Assembly: GCA_013115145.1 (NCBI GenBank)
Contig: JAAPAO010000081.1
Coordinates: 1-64,000 of the forward strand
DNA length: 64,000 nucleotides
Direction: 5' to 3'
From: Perkinsus chesapeaki ATCC PRA-425
Lineage: Eukaryota; Protista; Perkinsozoa
Shown here: piece by piece, positions 51,024 to 64,000 of the stretch
Position numbering within the stretch: position 1 is the stretch's first letter
How the letters are laid out: every line of letters starts with the position of its first letter
Notes under the pieces: generated by a model
Seen by the model: only the letters and a program-made list of their open reading frames with translations
Database searches by the model: none
Told to the model about the DNA's origin: nothing
Made by a program: the position numbers and the translations under genes

Positions 51024-52280
51024 ATGGTAATACAATGGGTTTAACAGGAATGGCTGTCTTTAGTCCCTCCTCGTGCACTTCAGCTAGCCCGACACTCATC
51101 GCCTCTGGGACATAGCAATCTCGTTGTGAAATTATTCGCAGTTTTGTCATCGTGGTTTCGCAGGGTCTTTCCGGGCATCTATCGTAACGTCAGGAATATT
51201 AGATGTATGAGGCTTTTACTTGTCAAGTCGCATTTGGTTGGCTCTCCTTGGTCTCGCATTGTCTCTCACAGCGTTCTGAAATGTCCGTTGTTGTTGTTAT
51301 TGAAGCTAACTCTGCTGTGTGCTGTTCTGTTGTCTCAGGCTTTTGTCAAGGTCTATAAGAATAAGGCATACCATAAGCGTTATCAAACCAAGTATCGCCG
51401 AAGACGTGAGGGCAAGACTGATTACTTCCAGCGTCGCCGCATGGTGAAGCAGGACAAGAACAAGTACAACACCCCCAAGTACCGTCTTGTTGTCCGTATC
51501 TCCAACACCAAGGTCATCTGCCAAGTCATCTACGCCACCATCACTGGTGATCGCGTTCTTGCTGCCGCTGAGTCCACTGAGCTCAAGCGTTATGGCATCC
51601 CCGTTGGTCTTAAGAACTACGCCGCCGCCTACGCCACTGGTCTCCTTGTTGCCCGTCGTACTCTCAAGAAGCTCGGCCTCGACTCCACCTTCGAGGGCAA
51701 GCAGGAGGTTGACGGTGAGGAGTACTACGTCGCTGATGAGGAGTACGAGGGAGAGAAGAGACCCTTCAAGTGCGTCCTCGATGTTGGTCTTGTCCGTACT
51801 ACCGTCGGTGCCCGTGTCTTCGGTGCCATGAAGGGTGCCGCTGATGGTGGACTCGATATCCCCCATAACCCCAAGCGTTTCCCTGGCTACGAGGCTCCCG
51901 AGGATGGAAAGGGAGAGGGCGAGTACGACGCTGAGGTTCACCGTGACCGTATCTTCGGTAACCATATCTCCGAGTACATGAAGCAGATGCAGGAGGATGA
52001 GCCCGAGGAGTACGAGAAGCACTTCGCTACCTACATCAAGGCCGGTTTGGACGCTGATAGTTTGGAGGATGCCTACACTAAGTGCCACGCCGCCATCCGC
52101 GCCAACCCCGACCCTGCACCCAAGAAGGAGGCTCACCCTGGTGTCGTCCGCAAGGGCAACACTATCGTGGTCCCCAGTGGCAAGAACTACACTCGCTCCA
52201 AGAAGCTCAACCTCAAGCAGAGGAAGCAGCGCGTCTACGAGAAGATCCGCGTTGCTCGCACTCGCGCCATGGAAGAGTAA
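51024..52280 (+). CDS. RPL5: 60S ribosomal protein L5 (uL18); exons 51024-51026 (ATG only) and 51339-52280
   Basis: ATG|GTAATA..TCTCAG|GCTTTTGTC gives MAFVKVYKNKAYHKRYQTKYRRRREGKTDY; contains KYRLVVRISN, GLKNYAAAYATGLL, FGAMKGAADGGLDIPH. Confidence 0.97.
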
Positions 52281-52705
52281 ATCTAGACCTGCGGTGGCTG
52301 TGCTGGAATGTAATCAGTCAAACCCTCACCCCCTTGACGAAAGGAGACGACAGGCACCGAGTCTACTTCGTGCAGATTCATATTGCCAGTCGTACTCGAT
52401 CCCGTTTTCCAGCGAGCGTTCTATTTTGTTGTGTTTGCCAAGTCTTGTTATGCGCTACATGGTCGAAAAGGGACGATCGAAAGAGTGGGGTGGCTAGTAG
52501 GTAGCTTTCAAGCCTGTATAGTTAAGGGATTAGCAACTGATCGGGTTGTATGAAGCAGTGTCGAGGTATTGTATCTCGATAACAGGATCGAATGGTTTGT
52601 TGTCGACCTTTTTGTACTAAATTGGCACGAAGTGTTTGGAGGTACAGTTCAAGCCCGAGTCGGCTCCTCACTTTTATATTTTCGTGGCAACACAATCCTG
52701 TGCAA

Positions 52706-52750
52706 GCTAGATTGTGCATTTATATTTGAAACGGCAAGATGATTGTTGTC
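52706..52750 (+). repeat. 45-bp segment duplicated at 56168-56212
   Basis: GCTAGATTGTGCATTT..GAAACGGCAAGATGATTGTTGTC; 2 mismatches by manual comparison. Confidence 0.8.
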
Positions 52751-54002
52751 CTAAGACCTGATATGTTCACTTGGCGAGCAACAACTAGCTGCAAAAAATA
52801 GACGCAGACATGAACAAAATAAATGGTGTAAGAAAGATAAAAAACGTGTGTTTTCACCACAAACTTGAGCCAGGCTGGCGACAATACATGCTCCTACAAA
52901 GACTAAGGTGAGGGAGGTGTTGGGGGTCTCCCAGGAGCTGTGCTGTGTCGAGAATGGTTGATGCTACGGTGTTTGATATTTGTTTCATTCATGTTGAGGG
53001 CGTTTGGAACATACTGTGGTCTCTCGACTCTTCTACTGACCGTAATGGGGCTGCTCTTTTGTACAAGTTATGCCGGTCTGCATGTATTCCTTCTAGGGTT
53101 TCGGTGATCACTATGTGATAGTATTCATGGCTCGGCTGGTTAAACCAGCCTGGTTTACCCCACGAGACGCTATTGAATGCCGGTATTCTTGTCGCTGATC
53201 TGGAACTCGGCGTTTGTTGTTGCCTTGCTCGGGATTGTTTCCGACCTGTGTTTGGTTGATAGTTCCAAACACCTCTCTTCAACGTCGGTTCGTGTATCTT
53301 GTAGGGCTCAACATTCCTTCGGTGCTTTCGGCGAATGGCATGCGAGTCACATTGGTTTCGGGTGTCTGAGACGTGATGTTTGGGTCTCATGATGTGACCG
53401 GCTACGGAGCTAACTACTTTGTACCTATGCGCTTTTGGCCAGGCTTTTCTGTTGAGATTTCTTGCTCGGCACTGGCTACCGGTCTTCCGTCACTATACTC
53501 GGCTGCGCCATTACGAATACTCGAGGCGGAGGCGCTGATATAGCCGGTGAAGCCAGGATTGAGCGCTTGCATGATGTGTTGAGGAAGTCGAACCTTCCGA
53601 GCGCTACACCTAAAGGAGAGATTTCACTCCTCAGCAGTTGCTCATTCCATGGCCTATGCCGAGTGAGTTCTATCTGAAGCATTCTATAGGCAGTTATTCA
53701 CTGGTGGTCATATGTAGGCTGCAAGCCCCTTGCAGCAAGAGCTGTCGAGGCTGATCTGGTCGGTATGTTAATAACATAACGATAACTTAATGTCATCGTT
53801 AGGCATAGCGTAGTCGTAACAGAACGTTGATAGATTGGGCTCATAGTTAAAGAGATAGGGCATTAAAGAGAGTGAGTAATGAGTAGAATATCACGAGTAA
53901 AGAAAGCTAGTAATACGATGGTACGATGATTCTGCGATAGACACTGTCTACCGCATAATAGACCTGTCTATTAGACAGGAATTGTGAGAGTTATATAGTG
54001 CA

Positions 54003-54147
54003 GATGTCCATCTTGTGCCGTTGATATATTGATATGTTCAGCGGTGTCTGTCTGTCACGACTCGATCCGCTGGAACCAGATGATTTACCATGCGCTCATC
54101 TTGCTGTTTCGTTCATTGAGGATCGGCTCGCGAAGGCAAAGACACTG
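54003..54147 (+). repeat. ~145-bp segment directly repeated at 56373-56532
   Basis: Shared blocks include GCGGTGTCTGTCTGT.ACGACTCGATCCG, GGAACCAGATGATTTACCATGC and GAGGATCGGCT.GCGAAGGCAAAGACACTG. Copy 2 has a short insertion. Confidence 0.85.
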
Positions 54148-54283
54148 CACTGAAGGCTCCAAAAGTGGTCAACCGTGACAGTGTCACGAAGGATCTGTGA
54201 CACCTTGTATTCGGTCACTATCGCAGCTAGTTAGAGACTCTGAAATTCAAAGTCTGAGTCCCATTCCGTTATAGGCCGATAAC

Positions 54284-55380
54284 ATGAACCTTCTTCTACT
54301 ATGGTTCTGTTGCGTATTGATGATCACCCCAATAGAAGGCGGGGGCGTTAATCTCGGTCTCACCTTCAACGAGGCTAACCTCGATTCGTACAACACCTAT
54401 GTTCTGTATACCGGGTTTGCTACCAGCGGCCATGACATAACATATATTGTTCGCACAGAGCAAAAGTCTACCCTGCTAGTCTGGAAGGAGTGGTATGAAA
54501 GCGAGACCTACGAGGGTGCATGCAATACATTCAAGTTCTCTTGCTTTTCCTGTCCCGAGCCTTGCATGCATGAGAAGTGATTATCTCCGGTGATGGAGTA
54601 GTAATGGAGGTCTATGGACATTATGTTGGCGTCTTTGGTGTTGACGATTTGTCTTTCGGGCTTATTGGTGGACAAGCGCCGCCTCCAGGCGAATCCCCCC
54701 CGGCCAACTGTCTCGGCCTCGAGCCCGATAGGGAGAATCAATACTTGTCAATTATCAACCAGCTAAGATTGAGGAGGAAACTCAGTTCGGCCTCTTTTAC
54801 GCTTTACTTGAGGGCAACAGCTGGAACCGACGAGTTCAAGGGCACGCTAATCCTTGGTGGTATGGACCCGACACAGTATACGATTCCGCTTCGATATGTC
54901 CCTCTCCTCCGTTTGAGTGACTATGCCGTAACATTGAGGAATATTCATATTCAAGAAGGAGCAACGGTTCCCGCGATTGATCAAGCAGCTGTCATTCGTA
55001 CTGGCAGGCACTTTATCGGCATCCCACAAGTCTATTTCTCTGACCTGGCGAAGCACTTTGCAGCTGCCGCCGCCAAAATCGCTGGAAGGCCTGTGGATGT
55101 CACGTGGAATGACGAGGAGGAAAGCTATATGGTGGACTGTGATTTGAGAATATATTTGCCAACTTTGACACTCTACCTCGGATCAGACGGGGAGCCCACC
55201 CCTTTGTTGCTGACGCACCAGAATTACGTAAGGAAATTCACAAGGTATACAGATTGCACCGTTATGATTACAATGGTCAATGGGAGTGAGTGGGAGCTAC
55301 CAGACAGCATACTTATCGGGAACTATATAGAGTTCCAGCCTAATGAGATGAGGCTGGGTATTGCCCGGTTGAAGGCCTAG
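54284..55380 (+). pseudogene. Secreted pepsin-like (A1) aspartic-protease homolog, frameshifted near 54577 and lacking both catalytic Asp
   Basis: Signal-peptide-like N-terminus; pepsin-fold motifs GTLILGGMDPTQY, YMVDCD, LPTLTL and ILIGNYIEF. The DTG positions read IVRTEQ and VIRTGR. The two ORFs are in different frames and no nearby GT-AG pair restores the frame. Confidence 0.7.
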
Positions 55381-56167
55381 ACTTGGAGAAAATGTGTCAT
55401 GGTTATGGTTTATAGAGACGATTATTTATAACCATCCTTCAAAGATGATAAGCGCTTTGAGGAAGTCCCTATCCTTAGGATAGGGATAGTTTAGGATAGT
55501 ATCCTAAACCTTCTTTAAGATATAGGTCCGTATTTTGTGCGCTCGGCGATATCTTACTGGAGAGAGGCTCTCTCTGAGAGAACGGCATTTCCGTGGCCTT
55601 ATTATTCTCTCGCCTACATCCGATAAAATGCTTGCGTTGATAGTGAAGTCGAAGTAGGGCTGTTGACAAGTCTGCCTCTCGGCAACCCTCGCGTTCCTGG
55701 AGACATGCATCGTGGACCGAGTGGACTTGGCAATGACGGCGAGTATTACAGCTTTATACTTTGACCGCCTCACTGGTAAACAAACTAGCACGGTGAATAA
55801 AGAAAAGGTCTATCGTTAATAATGTAAGGTTAACATCACTTTGAATCACGTTATCAAGTCTTGTACTCGCGAACGCAAGCCGTATGTTGTTGAATGATGA
55901 TGTGGAAGAAACATATCATAAGCGCATATTCTCCTGCATGCTGGAAAGTGTCTGTTCATATCGGATGCCAAATTTAACAAACTCCTCCAATTTGATTCGC
56001 ATCATGCGCTAGATAGCAACCGCCGTGTTTGATATTCTGGACAGCAGACGTGATGGCTTTCTCTCGATCATGGCGCCGCAGTGCACTCAGCGGCTTGAAT
56101 CTGATTGGAGCGATTGGCCGACCTCATCAAGAAGCATGTGCACTCGAAGATTTGTGCGCTACCAATG

Positions 56168-56532
56168 GCTAGATTGTGCATTTGTATTCGAAACGGCAAG
56201 ATGATTGTTGTCGGAGTATATATTGTTGCCATCCCGGCTCAAGTTTGTGGTGAAATCACACGATTTTTTTCTTTCTATCTGGCATATTGTCAGCGGTCGA
56301 TGGCCGACTGGCTATGTGTACGGTATTTGCTGGTCTATGTCATCTCGCACGTGTGGTATGTCTATGTATATCGATGTCTATCTCATGCCGCTGATACATT
56401 GACATGTTTAGCGGTGTCTGTCTGTAACGACTCGATCCGATGAACCAGTCTTGCTCGGAACCAGATGATTTACCATGCACTCGTCTTGCTGTTGTGTTTA
56501 TTGAGGATCGGCTGGCGAAGGCAAAGACACTG
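56168..56532 (+). repeat. Segment carrying second copies of both repeats above, in the same order
   Basis: 56168-56212 matches 52706-52750, and 56373-56532 matches 54003-54147. Confidence 0.8.
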
Positions 56533-56980
56533 TATGCCACGTCACTTGCTGAGAGATTGCAAGAGTAGACGAGGGGGTTACCGACCCAAAAGCCCGTCAG
56601 GGTGTTCATGATAGAAATAGTTACTATAGGGTTATTACTTGGGGGGTGAAAGGATTTCACCTTTGTTTCGGGTCAGAGCTCCCGTCTCGGGGGACAAAGC
56701 ATCGTTGTTCCACGATTACTTTCTGTTGTTAATAAATAGCAGCTCCTTGTTTCGATCAAGGGACCTTTGGGTTATGAGCCCAACACGCTATCCACTGCGC
56801 CAAGCTGCTGATAGTAAATAGGAATGTATTCTTTACTTGTCCTTTCTTAAACATCTCTGCGCTACTAACAAGCCACGAGATTTAGCTGGTAAGCTATAGG
56901 AAGCGTGCGCTGAAGCGTACATCGTAGCAGGAAGCAGATGAATACGATGAACCTTGCCTTTCTATGAGACTCTCTTGTGC

Positions 56981-57019
56981 AAAAGCCTTGAAGGTGGTCC
57001 GACCACCTTCAAGGCTTTT
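56981..57019. repeat. Perfect 19-bp inverted repeat with a 1-nt spacer
   Basis: AAAAGCCTTGAAGGTGGTC-C-GACCACCTTCAAGGCTTTT. Confidence 0.95.
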
Positions 57020-57335
57020 CCGACCACCGTGGTCGAAAGTATTCCGTGTTTGTCTGATGAACTCACGTGCATAGGCAAGTGCATCGTGCTTTCAATGTGC
57101 CCTATTCGTATGGATATGACGAAGACGATTCCCAGAGCGTGTATGTGTAGCTGCCCGTCGGGTGTCAGCAATACTAGATTAACACAAGCAAGCCCACTTT
57201 CATTCGTACCGCGGTGTTCTTGAATTGAGCAGTAGCGCCACCCTGGAGATGTATTATCAACATGGAAACGTTAACATAACTCGCGGAGAAGCTCCGACGT
57301 AGAAACCCGGGGGTTTTGGTAGAATAAATACGTAC

Positions 57336-59975
<2,640 letters not shown>

Positions 59976-60212
59976 GGACGGAGCGACAAGGTGACTGAGT
60001 AAGCCGCTATCCTTAATTCCGAATCCTCTTACTGCCACGCTAAGCCTTCTCGGGACCATGACACAACATTTCCGTACGCACGCGCAAGTGGCGTTCGTTC
60101 GAGACAGACGCGCATATTCTGGGACGTGGAACTCCATACCGCGTATTCTCTAGAAACTCTTCTATTAAAGCCAATTATAACACTATCAGACTACAGGGAA
60201 TCAAACAGTTAC

Positions 60213-60518
60213 TCATTGGTCGCTTGTTGTAACCGTGGTCGTGGTGGAAATCACTTGACCGTCTCGAGTCTCGGTTGTGGTTGTAGTTATCGAGGATCGG
60301 CATATTGTCGTCGTTGTTGACCGAGCCTACATACACATAATAATTTTTCACATATACGATCAACCGGAGCTCACCGGTGTCGTCGTAATCGACGTAGTGG
60401 TGTTTTGTGGCAGCGGTTGGCCATTCCTGCGGTCATGAGGGTTCCTATCGCGAGCCTTATCCCCATCGAACGTGGTCGACTTGTGAGTGATCGCTCGAGC
60501 ATTACGAGTCTTAGTCAT
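60213..60518 (-). CDS. Small Thr-rich hypothetical protein, 2 exons, start uncertain
   Basis: A GTGAGC..ATGTAG phase-0 intron joins NTTTSITTTP to ARSTTTTICRSSITTTTTETRDGQVISTTTTVTTSDQ*. Confidence 0.45.
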
Positions 60519-60822
60519 TGAAAAAAGCTTATCAAAACAACTGTCTGCTCGAGACGAAGAGTAAGCCCAGAGCAATCATAACTAAACGCCAACTGGAACT
60601 GGTTGGAAATCTTCCATAATGCACAAAAAGACGACGCAACAGAATAGCCAAGCCTACCAAACTCCCAGCAGTGGGCCGCGGATTTGCATCTCTCCACCAA
60701 TAGGCTGATGAGACGTATCACGCTAGCTCACACGGGGACGGCGGGGATGGCCTTCTTTGGGAATCGCAAAAACCAAAATGCAAAAAAACAGAGTACAGAC
60801 TGTATAATATGAACCAAAGCAG

Positions 60823-61683
60823 TTAGGCGTATTCTACACCAATTTCAAGGGTTCTCTGTCGAGTCCTTACTTGGAGGACGTGCCCACAGGGGCTCACCTC
60901 CATGCCCTTGAGATACATACCGGGAACGCCCAGATCGAAATCGTCCAGGTACTTCGGGGCGTTTTCGTCGGAGATGTCAATAAGCGCTAGTCTGAGCTCG
61001 TAGTGACGAGAGACACCTGCGCAAATGACGTCTGGAGTAACGAAACGCACGGAGCCGCAGGCACAAGGCAGGCTTATACGCCTCTCCTTGCAACCTTCAT
61101 CGGCCACGAACACGCAATTGCGTTGAGAAGGGTCAAGGTAGCTAAACCGCAGGCCCTTGTCAGAACGCTCGGTAACGTCAAAAACTGTTGGAGTGAACTC
61201 CGGCTTCAGAGTGGAACGACTTTTGCCGCTCTTGAGGTCGACCTCTTTGACGGATCTGTCGGCGGCATCGTAGTCGATACCAAGATAGAGCCTGTCCTTG
61301 TGGCAGGCAAGAATGCCCCAACGGATCTTTGAATCCGCGATCTTAACAGTATGACAGCTTGATGCTTGCTCGCTAACAACATAGTCATCGTCGATCTTAT
61401 AATGGCGCTGGCGAACCGAATCGAACGCGTGGCCTTTGTCGGCCTCGACCTTACGGTGCCACCAGCTTCCTTCACAACACTGCCGACATCTATGCGCCGT
61501 GTCGAAGCTCAATTTTTGCGGCTTGCGAGGCCCAATGTAGCCCAACGCCAAATGGAGCATTTCTAGGGGCATTTGATCCCCTAGTTTCTGCTGCACTGCG
61601 AGGAGGTCGACGACCAGCTGTTCAGCTCCCAGAACCATGACAAGCAAAAAACTGGAAGGATAATCATTTGATGGCATTTTCAT
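60823..61683 (-). CDS. Hypothetical 286-aa protein, possible F-box-like N-terminus followed by a beta-rich domain
   Basis: Intronless ORF. MPLEMLHLALGYI resembles the F-box LPxEhLxxIhxYL pattern; the rest has short beta-strand-like segments. Confidence 0.55.
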   Translation of the reverse strand: MKMPSNDYPSSFLLVMVLGAEQLVVDLLAVQQKLGDQMPLEMLHLALGYIGPRKPQKLSFDTAHRCRQCCEGSWWHRKVEADKGHAFDSVRQRHYKIDDDYVVSEQASSCHTVKIADSKIRWGILACHKDRLYLGIDYDAADRSVKEVDLKSGKSRSTLKPEFTPTVFDVTERSDKGLRFSYLDPSQRNCVFVADEGCKERRISLPCACGSVRFVTPDVICAGVSRHYELRLALIDISDENAPKYLDDFDLGVPGMYLKGMEVSPCGHVLQVRTRQRTLEIGVEYA

Positions 61684-61991
61684 TTGCTAGAGGAACTCTA
61701 TGTTGCGGTCGCGACGCTAGTAAAAGCTCTATTGTGTCGATGGTGCTCGGAGGCCGATTGCGAGATCGGAGAGTAAATTACTTGCGATTCAAAGCCTTGC
61801 TGCGAATTTAGTACCAAAGTGAGAATGAAGAGATGGATGCCGTGGGGCAGAACGCATCTCGTCGTTTATTCATCGAAATAAAAATATCGAGTGCCGGGAT
61901 CGAACCTATGCCTCGGACTTGTACGCAATTCTTCGTCAATCCGGCCCGTATTGATAAGTGTTTGTAATTATAATACAGCACCGTTATATAA

Positions 61992-63600
61992 ATGACCTCG
62001 ACAGGTCGTCGGCAATCCTCTAGTCTTTGGTGTGATGTATTGCGGTGGATATTCCTGCCCTTAAGAGAGGCGTTCTCTCTCCAGTTCATAGCAGCCGCAG
62101 TGTGGCTCTTCGTCTGCTCGGTTTGGAATTGCATGGTAACATGAGCTTAAGCTCTCTTATAGCAAAAGCCTCATCAGGTGCAAGTCTATATCGACAGGCT
62201 CTACGCACAGCAACACTTCGGCGATAGACAATGGGAGCCTCTTCCCGACATCGGGTTCGCCTTATTGCCTTACATTAAGGTAACCCTCATTGGAGACGCG
62301 TATCTTAGGTTGCTCCGTGATTTAGGAACCTCACCTAGCGGATCAATGGCAAACTTTTATCCTTGGGAGCACTTTTGTATCATTCATGCTGTTACATCCC
62401 CAAAGGTAAGCTCACCAGCTCTATTTAACCGGAGTCCCCTTGCCTTCAGAATCAAGATCATTAAACGTTTCTGTGCTGTACAAGGATCAGTTTTTCTTTT
62501 AAGGAGCATCACAATAGGGGTGAGTCGGACAACTCACGGTGAATATGAAATACGGAAAGTGTCGGCTCTGGGCGGCTGGCTTCCGAATTAAGCCCACCAG
62601 GGAGTCAATCTTCGGTCCTCCTCAAAGTGACAGGGCGAGTCGTCGAAGATCAGTGAAGAGGCAAAGGCATCTGACGAAATATCCCTTTACTGGAAAGCCT
62701 CTGATGCCGAGCAGTCATGAATTTAGTGTCGGCGACTTCCTTTGGTGTTGGTTTCCCCGTTGTATTTCTCGTACGATTTGTATCATCGTCGCGAAAGTGG
62801 TTCCTGCTATGACGCTCTCGAAACACTGTTCACCGTCCCTTCAGGCAACCCTATTGCCCAATCCATATAGCCACTGTGTAAATGAGCATCGACACGACGA
62901 GAACGTCGTCCTCGAGGCCCTAGCGGTGATGGGAGGAACGCGTGCAACTTGCGGTGATGTCCTATTCAGCGGTAGTGTGCCCCAGGCCAGGTGGCAGTGT
63001 AATGGGTCCTCAGGACATGCTGCCAATATAACCATTATGGAGCTCATTTGGAACGAGTATTGCCGTTACTTCCTCCCACCACGGGCGTATGTCACTGTAA
63101 GATCAACTGGCATGTGGAATGCTAAACGAAGGACAGGGTGAGTGGGAGAAGGGGCACGGTGGTGGCACAGTCTCGCTATGTCTGCCCTGTACCGGCAATA
63201 TCCATCACGGAGCGCGCCGTTCACGCTGAAAGCATTAAAGTTGACAAGTACCGATCAGGTTCAATCGTGACTACCTGGCGTGTGCCGCGTGGCTGATGGG
63301 CTACTTCTTGCCTAAAGTTCTCTGCCCAATTTTGGCTCTCGTTGGCTACCTGGTAAGCCTCCACCTTAACGTTGTCCTATCTACCCCTTTGTAGATTGTC
63401 ATTTCCACTCACTTTCATTACACTGTCGATGTTCTTGTAGGGATATTTGTGGCCAGTAAAATGTGGCGACTTTACCATATGTAATATCGGGAATGATTTA
63501 TCGCCTCTGCTGCTCGGCAGTGACCCTAGTTCCTATCTTACAGCTGTAGGTTGCTGCTGCCATGGGCTGAGGCAGCCATGCTAGATTTGTATTGGTGCCA
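61992..63600 (+). CDS. Sphingomyelin-synthase family phosphotransferase (SMS/IPC/EPC synthase-like), multi-exon; 3' end uncertain
   Basis: Splicing assembles all four SMS motifs in order: PLPD (exon 62178-62279), KRFCAVQGSVFLLRSITIG-ATLLP, CGDVLFSG|H across intron 62972-63013, and HFHYTVDVLVG (exon from 63395). Confidence 0.85.
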
Positions 63601-64000
63601 ATAATACTGCTTGTCAGTGGGAGGCAAATACCTGGCTAGGCGTCAACACACGTCCAGTAGACTTATTTACAAAAATTTGGCGCACGTTGAACATACTATG
63701 AGCAGACTATGTTCTCGGTCAAAAATCCGGCGTCTTCACTTGTTGAGGTTCGGGCGGAGTGCTCTACAGGTCTATGGCATTGGGGTCAATTATTGCTCGG
63801 AGATGGGAAGGCCATTTTCTGGGCTGGCTCTCGATAGATTTTTCATTGGTTAAATATTGGATATTTGGGAGTTCTTCTTGGGCGCCGTTTTGGGATAGAT
63901 GTGAACGGTGGACGGTCAATAATCGTTTAGGGAGAAGGACGTGGCGATACTGGCTGATTTTAATGTCATTAAGGTACGTTCGTTCGCCCAAGCTTCTCCT

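Noticed and set aside
51306-52136. 276-aa antisense ORF inside RPL5
   Set aside because: It mirrors the strong codon bias of the ribosomal-protein gene, and the translation has no recognisable features.
52759-54040. 11-bp direct repeat TGATATGTTCA (52759, 54030) as a target-site duplication
   Set aside because: The second copy sits inside a longer homology block that extends upstream of it, and no terminal repeats or transposase lie between the two.
53963-54188. Short odd palindromes CCTGTCTA-T-TAGACAGG and CGTGACA-G-TGTCACG
   Set aside because: Arms of 7-8 bp are near chance expectation in 64 kb, and there is no supporting context.
54570-54585. Programmed frameshift in the protease-like gene
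   Set aside because: Programmed frameshifting in Perkinsus is known from mitochondrial genes. This is a nuclear locus with no slippery heptamer, so mutation or sequencing error is simpler.
61884-61945. Second B-box-like GGTTCGATCCCGG on the minus strand
   Set aside because: No cloverleaf or A-box can be built around it.
62539-63141. 200-aa ORF as a standalone gene
   Set aside because: It is intron sequence plus in-frame exons of the SMS-like gene.
63764-63991. ORF with YRHVLLPK resembling CKS1 (YRHVILP)
   Set aside because: The rest of the CKS signature (EWR, GWxHY, PEPHILLFRR) could not be assembled in frame. The region is at the window edge and may belong to a plus-strand transcript.

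Overview
Eukaryotic, gene-dense, intron-containing DNA with short GT-AG introns (mostly 41-60 nt). This is most consistent with a Perkinsus-like alveolate, an inference from intron size, protein sequences and gene families. Bases ~510-45,700 are one uninterrupted, same-strand tandem array of 15 paralogous multi-pass membrane-protein genes spaced ~3 kb apart. Each encodes two modules (TM bundle + helical cytoplasmic domain, twice) related to the ALMT / FUSC / aromatic-acid-exporter (ArAE) superfamily. The ORF track splits most of these genes, but splicing joins them in frame. The array holds several subfamilies, conserved intron positions and clear gene-conversion patchwork. Downstream lie an EF-hand type II NADH dehydrogenase, a small acylated SVIP-like protein, head-to-head RPS7/RPL5 genes around two overlapping palindromes, a frameshifted pepsin-like gene lacking both catalytic Asp and flanked by decayed duplications, a near-perfect 39-bp palindrome, CTP synthase, a small Thr-rich gene, an F-box-like gene and a multi-exon sphingomyelin/IPC-synthase-family gene not visible in the ORF track. 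Exon boundaries were derived by hand. No database searches were run.
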